From UHGV virus genome UHGV-0170778: a stretch of DNA of 64,000 bases; one strand, written 5' to 3'. Each line of letters starts with the position of its first letter. Position 1 is the stretch's first letter. Position numbers and translations under genes: made by a program. Shown here piece by piece: positions 28,629-36,651 of the stretch. The stretch comes from a virus. The notes under the pieces are model-generated. The model was not told where the DNA came from and did no database searches. It was given only the letters and a program-made list of their open reading frames with translations.

Positions 28629-29495
28629 ATGGATACAAATGTTGACTATGAGAATCTGAAAGAAATTACAGTAAACACACAAGAAGAATTAAACAGAATA
28701 CCGCTTGATTTCAAAGGAAGAATTTATGTAGAGTTTGGTACTTATGATAATCCAGCTATTGTTGAGAATGAGTATAGTTTAAGGGTTGTTGCTAGAAAAG
28801 GTTCATGTATAGAAGCTAGAAAAGACGCATATGTTGAGGCTGAAGATAAATCAATGGTTATTGCTCGAGAGGAGTCCAATGCAGTTGCGAATGATAATTC
28901 AAGCATTGAGGCTCGAGATAATTCAAAAGTTTATGCATATAATACTTCAAGAATTGTTGCTTGGGGTCGTTCAAGAGTTTTCTCTGAGGATGATGCAATC
29001 ATTGAAGCTCGAGAGCATTCGACAGTTAAAGCTTGGAAGAGGTCAATCATCGCTGCATATGATAGGTCAACCGTCATTGCTTACAATAAGTCTAGTGTTG
29101 TTGCTTGGGGTAAGTCAAAAGTTCATTCTGAGAATAGATGCAGCGTTGAGACTCATGATCAGTCAAAGGTGACTGCGTTAGGGTATTCAAAAGTTGAGGC
29201 ATATGATCAGTCAACTGTTCAAGCTTATCAACAGTCAGACGTTGTGTCCTATGATAATTCAGTTGTTGTTGCTAAAGAGTCAGCAATCGTTAATTCTTAT
29301 GATAATTCAATCGTTGTTGCTAATGGGCATTCAAGCGTAGAGGCTGAAGGAAAATCATTAGTTACTGCTCATAACAATTCTAGCGTTGTTGCTCGTGACA
29401 ATTCAGACGTTACGGCTATGGATGATTCAACTGTTGAGTCCTATGATAATTCAACTGTTGAGCTTCGCGATAATGCACAGCTGGTCAATGCGTAA
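28629..29495 (+). CDS. decapeptide tandem-repeat protein (predicted beta-solenoid)
   Basis: 288 aa. About 20 consecutive 10-residue units of the pattern x-S-x-V-x-A-x-(D/N/G)-x-S, for example YDNSVVVAKE, SAIVNSYDNS, IVVANGHSSV. GGGAG RBS. Confidence 0.6.
   Translation: MDTNVDYENLKEITVNTQEELNRIPLDFKGRIYVEFGTYDNPAIVENEYSLRVVARKGSCIEARKDAYVEAEDKSMVIAREESNAVANDNSSIEARDNSKVYAYNTSRIVAWGRSRVFSEDDAIIEAREHSTVKAWKRSIIAAYDRSTVIAYNKSSVVAWGKSKVHSENRCSVETHDQSKVTALGYSKVEAYDQSTVQAYQQSDVVSYDNSVVVAKESAIVNSYDNSIVVANGHSSVEAEGKSLVTAHNNSSVVARDNSDVTAMDDSTVESYDNSTVELRDNAQLVNA
28860..29485 (+). repeat. about 20 degenerate in-frame 30-bp tandem repeats, coding
   Basis: The GATAATTCAA(N)GTTGTTGCT(N)... period of 30 nt is visible directly. 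Boundaries approximate. Confidence 0.6.
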
Positions 29496-29542
29496 AGTTT
29501 GTAGGTAAATATATAAGCAGTCAGGACATTATATTTAACAAA

Positions 29543-29577
29543 AGCAGCAAGAAATTGATCTTGCTGCTATTTTTATG
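29543..29577 (+). terminator. rho-independent terminator (cassette copy 2)
   Basis: AGCAGCAAGA-AATTGA-TCTTGCTGCT followed by ATTTTTAT. Confidence 0.6.
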
Positions 29578-29607
29578 TCCAAAATATTAAAAAACTATTA
29601 AGAACAC

Positions 29608-29636
29608 TTGAATTTATATCAATATTTCGTTATAAT
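29608..29636 (+). promoter_or_regulatory. sigma-A-type promoter TTGAAT-17-TATAAT (cassette copy 2)
   Basis: Identical over ~110 nt to copy 3 at 38761-38860. Confidence 0.6.
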
Positions 29637-29670
29637 ATATGTGTAATAAAAGATAGCGGAGGTTAATATT

Positions 29671-29865
29671 ATGTCTACTCTAAAAGAATTATATAAAACA
29701 GAGAAGGGTTTCGACAAAGGTGCAACTCTTTCAGTTTATGAATACTCAGACGGAAGTATACATTATACTTTTCGTGATAGACTTGGAAAACCTTCTAATG
29801 TAGATGGTCACAATGAAGCAGAATTTCTGATTGAAACTTTTAATATGCAGAAACAGAATGCATGA
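29671..29865 (+). CDS. hypothetical protein
   Basis: 64 aa; GGAGG RBS. Confidence 0.4.
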   Translation: MSTLKELYKTEKGFDKGATLSVYEYSDGSIHYTFRDRLGKPSNVDGHNEAEFLIETFNMQKQNA

Positions 29866-29894
29866 AGATTGATTTTTGGAAAGGAGAAAGCACA

Positions 29895-30098
29895 ATGCCA
29901 AGAGTATTGACAGTGGACGGTAGTGTAAAAATCGGAGCATACAGTTTTCCTGATAGGAAAAAGCCCTGTATATGTGTCGAGAAAGGAAACGCTTGTGTTG
30001 TGTACGGCTCTTTCATTGATATTGACCGTGCAAAAGAATTTATGGATGAACTCGCAGCTCTTGTGGGTGCGAGGAATGATAAGGAGGACGAAGAATGA
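29895..30098 (+). CDS. hypothetical protein
   Basis: ATG 29895 follows AAGGAG; the track start is 29862. Confidence 0.35.
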   Translation: MPRVLTVDGSVKIGAYSFPDRKKPCICVEKGNACVVYGSFIDIDRAKEFMDELAALVGARNDKEDEE

Positions 30099-30265
30099 CA
30101 AACTACGAGCGAATAAAAAATATGAGCATTGATGAAATGGCGAACGCCATAAAAAAAGGCCATTTCGGAGACCCGTGTGAGCATTGTTCTTTAAGAAACG
30201 AACCATGTGCATTCTTATGTGTTAAGGGTATTTTAATGTGGCTTAATAGTGGGTTGAAGGAATGA
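30095..30265 (+). CDS. small Cys-containing protein, paralog of ORF 30262
   Basis: 56 aa, below the track cutoff. MTNYERIKNMSIDEMANAI...CEHC...C versus MTNFERIKNMSVDEMASEI...CKEC...C in the next ORF. AGGAGG RBS. Confidence 0.45.
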   Translation: MTNYERIKNMSIDEMANAIKKGHFGDPCEHCSLRNEPCAFLCVKGILMWLNSGLKE

Positions 30266-30453
30266 CGAATTTTGAGCGAATCAAAAATATGAGTGTTGAT
30301 GAAATGGCATCCGAGATTGATAGAATTTCTCATTATTTATGTGATGATTACGGAGGTTACGGATGTAAAGAATGTCCATTTAATTTTTTAGAAAATCGAA
30401 ATTGTAATGCAACAGAATTTGCAAACTGGCTCAATAGTGAGGTAAAAGAATGA
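30262..30453 (+). CDS. small Cys-containing protein, tandem paralog of ORF 30095
   Basis: 63 aa; overlapping stop/start ATGA. Confidence 0.45.
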   Translation: MTNFERIKNMSVDEMASEIDRISHYLCDDYGGYGCKECPFNFLENRNCNATEFANWLNSEVKE

Positions 30454-30821
30454 TAAATAAAACAATGTATGAAAAAGAAAAAGAAATTACTGACAAAATA
30501 GATGCAAAAGAAGCAATAAAAATGTTTCAAAATCTTATATTTGCAGAAAATCATAGAATTGCAGAAAACCATTGTAGAAAACTTGCAATAAAAGCCCTTG
30601 AAAAGCAAACACCACAAAAGCCTATCAAAGAAACGGTAAATCGTGGTATATCAGCATCGGGCGAATATGACATTGATTTTAATTATCTTTGTCCAAATTG
30701 CACGACTGTTGTTGGTGACTATGAAACCAATGATTTTTTTATAAATTTTGCCCCGAGTGTGGTCAAGCATTGGATTGGGGTAAGAGGCCTATTAATTATG
30801 AAATTTATTTTCAAAATCTAA
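30450..30821 (+). CDS. hypothetical protein with CPNC zinc-ribbon-like motif
   Basis: 123 aa. Confidence 0.35.
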   Translation: MINKTMYEKEKEITDKIDAKEAIKMFQNLIFAENHRIAENHCRKLAIKALEKQTPQKPIKETVNRGISASGEYDIDFNYLCPNCTTVVGDYETNDFFINFAPSVVKHWIGVRGLLIMKFIFKI

Positions 30822-30996
30822 CCGCTCTAATGAACAGGTATAACGACGATAATGAAAATTGCATTACATGCAAAGATTGTCTAAATTACGGGCCTTGTGC
30901 AGCCCCATTTAAGTGTGACGATAATACTAGCGTGTATTTCTGTGATGAATTTGTAAACAAAAATTGCAGTGATATTGAGTTAAAGGAGAAAACAAA

Positions 30997-31218
30997 ATGA
31001 GTAATCTCACGCTTAACAACGGCTGGATTAGTGTAAATGACAGACTACCGGACACAAGTAGATATGTGATTGCGTGTTCCGATTTACAAGACGTATTCGA
31101 ATGTTGGTATCGCACCATAGACAAATGTTGGGTAAGACACGGCCATATAGTTGTTGAAAACATTACGCATTGGCGAGAACTACCTGACCCGCCGATAATG
31201 GAGGAGAGCAAAGAATGA
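30997..31218 (+). CDS. DUF551-like phage protein (paralog A)
   Basis: NGWISVNDRLPD...VIACSD...ITHWRELPDPP. Family name is from memory. Confidence 0.45.
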   Translation: MSNLTLNNGWISVNDRLPDTSRYVIACSDLQDVFECWYRTIDKCWVRHGHIVVENITHWRELPDPPIMEESKE

Positions 31219-31540
31219 CTTGTAAAGATTGTCCACATTTTGATGTGTGCAAAATGTATGGTGCATTCCATACAAAGACACGCTGGAAATCATCGGCAAC
31301 ATCCACGATAATCCCGAATTGTTGAAAGGAATAAAAAATGTTTAACTATAAAAAAGCCATACAGAGATATAGAGTTGCTAAAATTTTTGGATTACCTTTT
31401 AAGTTACGCATTAAAGTGTTTTTCAGGGGCAAAGGAACTCCAAAAGAAAATTTTGAAAAAAAGATAATTAATCATAAAAAAGGAGAGCAGGAATGACAGA
31501 TGAAGATGAAATCAATATTGACATCGATTGCTTATAAGCA

Positions 31541-31849
31541 ATGCTTATATATGCAAAACTGGAAAGGAGTAGAAGAATGAACTTAAATTTTGCTGACATT
31601 ATTAAAGACACAAAACTTATTAACCGTTTCTTAAAATGCCACGATGACAGCATTTTAACAGATAACGGTTGGATTAGTGTAAACGACAAACTTCCAAATA
31701 ACGATGAAGACGTAATTGCGCTGTCTGATTCTGGAGATTCACTTGTCTGTCGATATAATAATGATATGAAGCGTTGGGAAAAGTACGGTTTTACATTAGA
31801 TATGAATTTTATTTATTGGAGAGAACTGTACAAATACAGAAAGGATTAA
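31541..31849 (+). CDS. DUF551-like phage protein (paralog B)
   Basis: DNGWISVNDKLPNNDEDVIALSD...FIYWRELYKY, paralogous to ORF 30997. Confidence 0.45.
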   Translation: MLIYAKLERSRRMNLNFADIIKDTKLINRFLKCHDDSILTDNGWISVNDKLPNNDEDVIALSDSGDSLVCRYNNDMKRWEKYGFTLDMNFIYWRELYKYRKD

Positions 31850-31853
31850 GTCA

Positions 31854-32228
31854 ATGACCAACAAAGAAAGAAAACAGACCGGTCTGTTGCATTCAGCAGA
31901 TGAACTGAAACGGCTCATTTTAGAACACCAAGAGTTGCCGATTTTGGTACTTGCCGGAGATAATGCGAACACTGGCGACTATGGCTTTATGAGTTGTAGC
32001 CGTGTACGCGCACAAGAAGGCGAGTTTCTTGATTGTAAGCAGAAAATCGACGCATGCAAGTGCTACACAGATAGGGATGACTTTGAAGACGATGTGGCAG
32101 ATTTTTTGGCTGGTGAAGAACAGTATAGAGATTTGCCGGACGATGAATTTAATGCCCTCGTTGAGCAAACAGTCAATGAGTACGATGATTTTTGGAAGCC
32201 ATGCATTCTATTGCATGTAGACAATTGA
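31854..32228 (+). CDS. hypothetical acidic protein
   Basis: 124 aa. Confidence 0.35.
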   Translation: MTNKERKQTGLLHSADELKRLILEHQELPILVLAGDNANTGDYGFMSCSRVRAQEGEFLDCKQKIDACKCYTDRDDFEDDVADFLAGEEQYRDLPDDEFNALVEQTVNEYDDFWKPCILLHVDN

Positions 32229-32397
32229 GGAGGATTAACTATGATGCTCTCATGTAATCGATTTGCGTTTATTCCACATTTGTGTCTTGAATGCAAACGT
32301 TATATTTGGCTTGAGGGATATAGAAGAGCTGAAGTTTGGAAAAAATCTGTAGATATGAACATCAAAGAAAATATTTGCAAAAGTTGTCTAGAAAAAT

Positions 32398-32610
32398 TTG
32401 ATGTTGGGATTGATAAATGAAAGGAGAAAAATGGCTGACAAATTTGTTATTTGCAATAACGAAGACGAAATAAGATCGAATGAATCATGTTATGGTAATC
32501 AAACATTTGAAATTTCGGCAAAAGATCTTATAGCTCTTTTTGAAGGAAAGACACTTGCTGCAATGGTAAATGATGAATACGGTATATTTATTGAAATAGA
32601 GCCAACTTAG
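32398..32610 (+). CDS. hypothetical protein
   Basis: 70 aa; GGAG RBS. Confidence 0.35.
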   Translation: MMLGLINERRKMADKFVICNNEDEIRSNESCYGNQTFEISAKDLIALFEGKTLAAMVNDEYGIFIEIEPT

Positions 32611-32816
32611 AATCTCAAGGAGAATCAAGCATGAAATTTATAGAGGTAGAAGAATGAAAGCAGGAGCACATAGAAAAAAGTATAAGTATATACCGCCTGA
32701 AAAGAGAGTAAGCAAAAAAGAGCAAGAAAGGATAATGCGTAGGGAGCTTCGTAAAGCTATGCGAAAAGCAAGTCCGTTTTATGCTTGGGTTGAAGATAAT
32801 TGTGAAAGGTATTTTG

Positions 32817-33032
32817 ATGATGAAGTGTGAAAATTGTATTCATTTTGAGCTTTGTCCTGTGTGGGACAAGGATAACAATCGCCCTTATAAAGACGGCTAT
32901 AGTTATTTCTGTCAAAATTACAGTAGATTCATAGATAAATCGCAAATAATCAAGTTACCTATGAAGACAACAGATAAACTGAAAGAAGAATTAACAAAAT
33001 ACTGTTACGAAAGGTGTGTTGATGAGTTATGA
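32817..33032 (+). CDS. small CxxC protein (MKCENCIHFELC family)
   Basis: ATG 32817 follows a GAAAGG SD. Related to MTCKDC(Y/P)H(Y/F)xVCK ORFs at 31216 and 33029. Confidence 0.35.
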   Translation: MMKCENCIHFELCPVWDKDNNRPYKDGYSYFCQNYSRFIDKSQIIKLPMKTTDKLKEELTKYCYERCVDEL

Positions 33033-33430
33033 CTTGCAAAGATTGTTACCACTATGGTGTATGCAAATTTTATAATAAGAATTTACCAGAAGAATATGAC
33101 CATATTGAGTGGCAATGCGACAGTTTCAAGGACAAATCATGCATTGTTGAATTGCCCTGTAAGGCTGGGGAAACAGTATATTGTCTTGATGACATTGTAG
33201 ATAATGAATTATGTGCTGACTGTGAACACTATTATGAGGGTGGTATGGGTGATTATCCGAGTTGTCAAAAAACTCGTTATGGTTTTAGACCTGCAAAATG
33301 TATCGAAATTATCGAGATAGTCGCAGATAATGATTTCGTGTTGAAATATTACAACGAGTTTGGTGAAAAAATATTTCTCACCAAAGAGGAAGCAGAAGCA
33401 AAACTGAAGGAGTTGAACGGAAATGAATAA
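33029..33430 (+). CDS. small CxxC protein (MTCKDCYHYGVCK family)
   Basis: 133 aa with three CxxC pairs. Paralog of the 31216..31326 mini-ORF MTCKDCPHFDVCK. Confidence 0.4.
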   Translation: MTCKDCYHYGVCKFYNKNLPEEYDHIEWQCDSFKDKSCIVELPCKAGETVYCLDDIVDNELCADCEHYYEGGMGDYPSCQKTRYGFRPAKCIEIIEIVADNDFVLKYYNEFGEKIFLTKEEAEAKLKELNGNE

Positions 33431-33629
33431 AGAATTAGCAAGATATTTTGTGAAATTGATTGCGGAAGATTTGCAATTTTCATTCAATGGGATGGGTATT
33501 CCAAGTTATCTTTGTGAATGGTTAGAAAATCAGTTAATACAAGAAAATTATGATGAAGTCGAAGAATTTATAAAGAAAAGATATGACGAACGCGAAAGCA
33601 CAAGAAAGAAAACACGTGATGAAACTTAA
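33423..33629 (+). CDS. hypothetical protein
   Basis: 68 aa. Confidence 0.3.
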   Translation: MNKELARYFVKLIAEDLQFSFNGMGIPSYLCEWLENQLIQENYDEVEEFIKKRYDERESTRKKTRDET

Positions 33630-33667
33630 AATTATTGATAGCTTAAAATCAAGGAGGTAAGTTAGCT

Positions 33668-34129
33668 TTGGAAATAGATGAAATGAAATATTTCCTTAGT
33701 AATGAACTAAGTGAACTTTCAGATATAACAGGGATGTACTTTGATATTCAGTCAGTTGTATATCGAGAAAATTTACATATATGCATTCAAAAATTAAAGT
33801 TAAGGGCATTTCATCAAGATATCTGCTTTGAATGTAAACTAGACATAAACAATGCAATAGCACACTTTGCTTCTTTGATAGCTATGTGCTATGTTATAGA
33901 TGGTGAATATTTATATGAAACAGACAGCTTACTTTATGCTAACCAATTCAAAGCACAAAAATTCGTCATCGAAGTTGTAGATAAGTTCAATGAAATATAC
34001 AACAACTGCAAAGATGTAGAAAAGAGCATAAACGCACTTGAAGCATTTTATGAAACAAACTATGAAGTAAACACACAGGTTGACGATGAAAGATCATTTA
34101 GTATGAGTAAGGATAATAGTGAACTATGA
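33668..34129 (+). CDS. hypothetical protein
   Basis: 153 aa; GGAGG RBS. Confidence 0.35.
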   Translation: MEIDEMKYFLSNELSELSDITGMYFDIQSVVYRENLHICIQKLKLRAFHQDICFECKLDINNAIAHFASLIAMCYVIDGEYLYETDSLLYANQFKAQKFVIEVVDKFNEIYNNCKDVEKSINALEAFYETNYEVNTQVDDERSFSMSKDNSEL

Positions 34130-34241
34130 CACATTAGATGCGTTGTTGTACAGAGTATGTCTACTATATTGCAATGCAAGACTAAAGTATTCATATATGT
34201 ACATAGAAATGACCAGGTAAATTACCTGTTCTGTATTTTTG

Positions 34242-35939
34242 TTATTTTACATATGCATAAACAGCTTGACCACAATCATAAACAGGTAACCATCCGTGAT
34301 CAATCATCAATTCTTCATTTGAGGTTCCTTTTCCGTAATCTGTGTTGAAAAGTTGATCGTATCCTCGTTGACGTAAGAGATTTGCAGTTATTTTATTATT
34401 CTCCAACGACCATATTTCTTGAGGAGGTGTATTCTTAACAAAATGCATACCTAATTTGCTATAAACAGATCCGTCAAATTTAGATAAATCACAATAGGAA
34501 ATTATATTGTTCAGATGATAATGAGAGACGGCGTATTTGAAGAGTTTTGAAGCCCCGCCAGTAATTTTATATCTACTGTTTGAGCAAAGTCGAAGAAGTT
34601 CATATTGATAGTTTCTATTATATCTAGAATTACCAAAAGTCATCACTTCAACAAGTTCTCCTTTATACATCAATCCTACTCGAATATTCTGTCCTTTACA
34701 TGTATTCTGGATATGATACTTACATAAGAATTCGTCGCATTCTTTCTTACCTATCTCTACAATTTTGCAGTTACGGGCATATATAACTTCTTTCTTTGTC
34801 AATAGCTGGATGACTTTGTCCCAGTTATCCCAATCAAAGATATGAATACATCTGAATCCGTTTTCTTTAGCAATATTAGTCTTCTCTAAATGGTAACCTT
34901 TATCTACAGTAACATTCCAATGGTTTCCAACAATGTTGTGAGTATAAGTAGGATCAATTTCTATTAGAATGTTAGTGTCAAGTATGTGTAAGTCGTAAAA
35001 TTTTCCACTTAGATAAAATTCTAACTCTCCGTTTTCATTTGCTGCTTTTACAGCATCTAAAAATTTCAAATTTGTTTTAGATATCCTGTTTTTTCTGCAC
35101 TGAGCGTCATTTGTCAAGCAGCCATAAGGAACTCCGTATTTCTTCATACATGTTTCTTGTATTTTCATTTGAATTGTTTCAGATTTTGAAGGGTTATCTA
35201 CTCCTAAGTGTTCGATCCAAGTCTGCTTTGCTTTTTCGTCTATTTCGTCAGGCCAAAAAGACCCATAGTTCGCTATTCTATGTTCCATAGCTATTTTATT
35301 TATTGATTCCACCTGCATTGGATTTTCTTTTCCATATCGTTCCATCATTGTTTGTTTTGCTTTTTCTGTAAATTGATCTATTTTAGATGGATTAGCTTTG
35401 CCATACTTTGCCTCCATAGTTGCTTTGTATTTATCATATAACTGTTTACTCTGTAAAGTAGTAGGAGCACCGTATCGTTCAGTCATAGTTTTCATTGATT
35501 TTTTCTTTATTTCTGGATCGCTCAATGCCCAGTCAACACCAAATTTCTTCTGGTTAGATGCTTTTGCTTTTTCATAAAATTGATCTGATTGCAAAGCAAA
35601 TTCAACACCATACTTATCTTTCATAGATTTTCTGTGATGAGCTTGAACTTCTTTGTTTTGCATAGGATGATCTACACCATATTTTTCTCTACATCTCATC
35701 TTTCGTAATTGAGCTTTACATTCTTTGGAACACGGAGGAGGCTGTTGTCTTGAATTCCATATCATTTGTTTACCACAAACAGGGCAAGGAACATAATGAT
35801 CGTCATTACATATTTTAGTAGAACTTCTTTCTGGCATAAATATTTTGCCACATATAACACATTTCTTCGGACTCTTTGGAACACCTTTAGGCATATAATA
35901 AATCTCACTTTCAATATTATTATTAAATATAAGGTACAT
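34242..35939 (-). CDS. Zn-ribbon / Vsr-like homing-endonuclease-like protein with extra C-terminal domain
   Basis: The only convincing minus-strand gene in the window. N-terminal CVICGK...CPVCGK zinc ribbons and repeated KYG(V)..P.Q modules. Nuclease core ILIEIDPTYTHN...GFRCIHIFDWD. A ~190-aa C-terminal domain (ARNCKIVEI...YHIQNTCKGQ...LLRLCS) is shared with ORF 36652. Confidence 0.55.
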   Translation of the reverse strand: MYLIFNNNIESEIYYMPKGVPKSPKKCVICGKIFMPERSSTKICNDDHYVPCPVCGKQMIWNSRQQPPPCSKECKAQLRKMRCREKYGVDHPMQNKEVQAHHRKSMKDKYGVEFALQSDQFYEKAKASNQKKFGVDWALSDPEIKKKSMKTMTERYGAPTTLQSKQLYDKYKATMEAKYGKANPSKIDQFTEKAKQTMMERYGKENPMQVESINKIAMEHRIANYGSFWPDEIDEKAKQTWIEHLGVDNPSKSETIQMKIQETCMKKYGVPYGCLTNDAQCRKNRISKTNLKFLDAVKAANENGELEFYLSGKFYDLHILDTNILIEIDPTYTHNIVGNHWNVTVDKGYHLEKTNIAKENGFRCIHIFDWDNWDKVIQLLTKKEVIYARNCKIVEIGKKECDEFLCKYHIQNTCKGQNIRVGLMYKGELVEVMTFGNSRYNRNYQYELLRLCSNSRYKITGGASKLFKYAVSHYHLNNIISYCDLSKFDGSVYSKLGMHFVKNTPPQEIWSLENNKITANLLRQRGYDQLFNTDYGKGTSNEELMIDHGWLPVYDCGQAVYAYVK

Positions 35940-36022
35940 ATAATATAACGAAATTCAAAAACGAATTGAAACCTTATATACTCATAGAACAACAAAGTTA
36001 AAAATATAAAGGAGATTTATAT

Positions 36023-36568
36023 ATGTTTACACCATTAGCAATGGGAACAAATCACATGTTAGGCGTAGATTCTTATGTCCCCCTAACAACAAACAACTTT
36101 GAAATTCGAGTGTATAACATGGATGGAAGTGTACCAACAGAATTCTCAGAATTGTTAACATTGAGCACTGATGAAATTGGAGCTATCCAGGAAGAAGAAG
36201 ATCAGATCGTTGTACATTATGGAAATGGTCTAATCAAATTCCCGAGTAAAGTATCTTTCAACGATGTAGACTGGACATTGAATTGCTATTGCTCTCCTAA
36301 TGTTTATGAAAATCTTCGTGCTTGGAGAAAAATGGTTTATGATCCTGATACAGAGAGAATGGGTCTTCCTACGGAGTATATGAAGCAAGTCTATTTCATT
36401 AGATATGATGGCCAAGGAAATTGCAGAGATGTAATTAAGTGTCCAGGCTGCTGGCCAGGAGCTCTCAATAATGGTTCCATGAACCAGACTGGTGGTGAAC
36501 TAGTTAAAGTAAGTTTGCCGCTAGTTATTTCCAGAGTCATCTACTTGAAACCTGAAGATTTTCAGTAA
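36023..36568 (+). CDS. tail tube protein (T4 gp19-like)
   Basis: 181 aa. FEIRVYNMDG, SFNDVDWTLNCY and IKCPGCWPG...ELVKVSLPLVISRVIY parallel gp19 FQVEISYLGQ, FDDWTVTVMN and IKGLWPTN...EVTLALDY. Confidence 0.6.
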   Translation: MFTPLAMGTNHMLGVDSYVPLTTNNFEIRVYNMDGSVPTEFSELLTLSTDEIGAIQEEEDQIVVHYGNGLIKFPSKVSFNDVDWTLNCYCSPNVYENLRAWRKMVYDPDTERMGLPTEYMKQVYFIRYDGQGNCRDVIKCPGCWPGALNNGSMNQTGGELVKVSLPLVISRVIYLKPEDFQ

Positions 36569-36651
36569 TTGAAGTCAAAATTTACAGTCAAGGCAAGCTA
36601 AGGAACATAACCTTTTATCTATTCGTTATATAGATAGGAGGTTATGTTTTT

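Noticed and set aside
28831-29172. 113-aa + strand ORF in an alternate frame inside the decapeptide-repeat gene
   Set aside because: An open alternate frame is expected from a 30-bp tandem-repeat array. Its translation is low-complexity L/Q/R-rich and it has no RBS, so it is taken as an artefact of the repeats.
28860-29485. possible CRISPR array, suggested by ~30-bp tandem repeats
   Set aside because: The repeats are contiguous with no intervening unique spacers, are degenerate, and lie in frame inside a well-supported CDS with an RBS and promoter. They are coding repeats, not a CRISPR array.
29746-33487. cluster of minus-strand ORFs (29746..29940, 29808..30212, 29840..30184, 30103..30333, 30357..30617, 30927..31271, 31468..31689, 31920..32168, 32063..32296, 32757..32945, 33209..33487)
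   Set aside because: All are antisense to + strand ORFs that have good Shine-Dalgarno sites and overlapping stop/start organisation. Their translations are low-complexity or hydrophobic, so they are judged spurious.
34206-34242. CAGGTAAATTACCTG palindrome plus T-run as a + strand terminator facing the convergent homing endonuclease gene
   Set aside because: The inverted repeat has only a 1-nt centre, so the real stem would be at most 5 bp. That is too weak to call a terminator with confidence.
35940-36022. TTGAAA-containing stretch between the divergent homing endonuclease and tube genes as a promoter
   Set aside because: No correctly spaced -10 hexamer was found. It is left unannotated.
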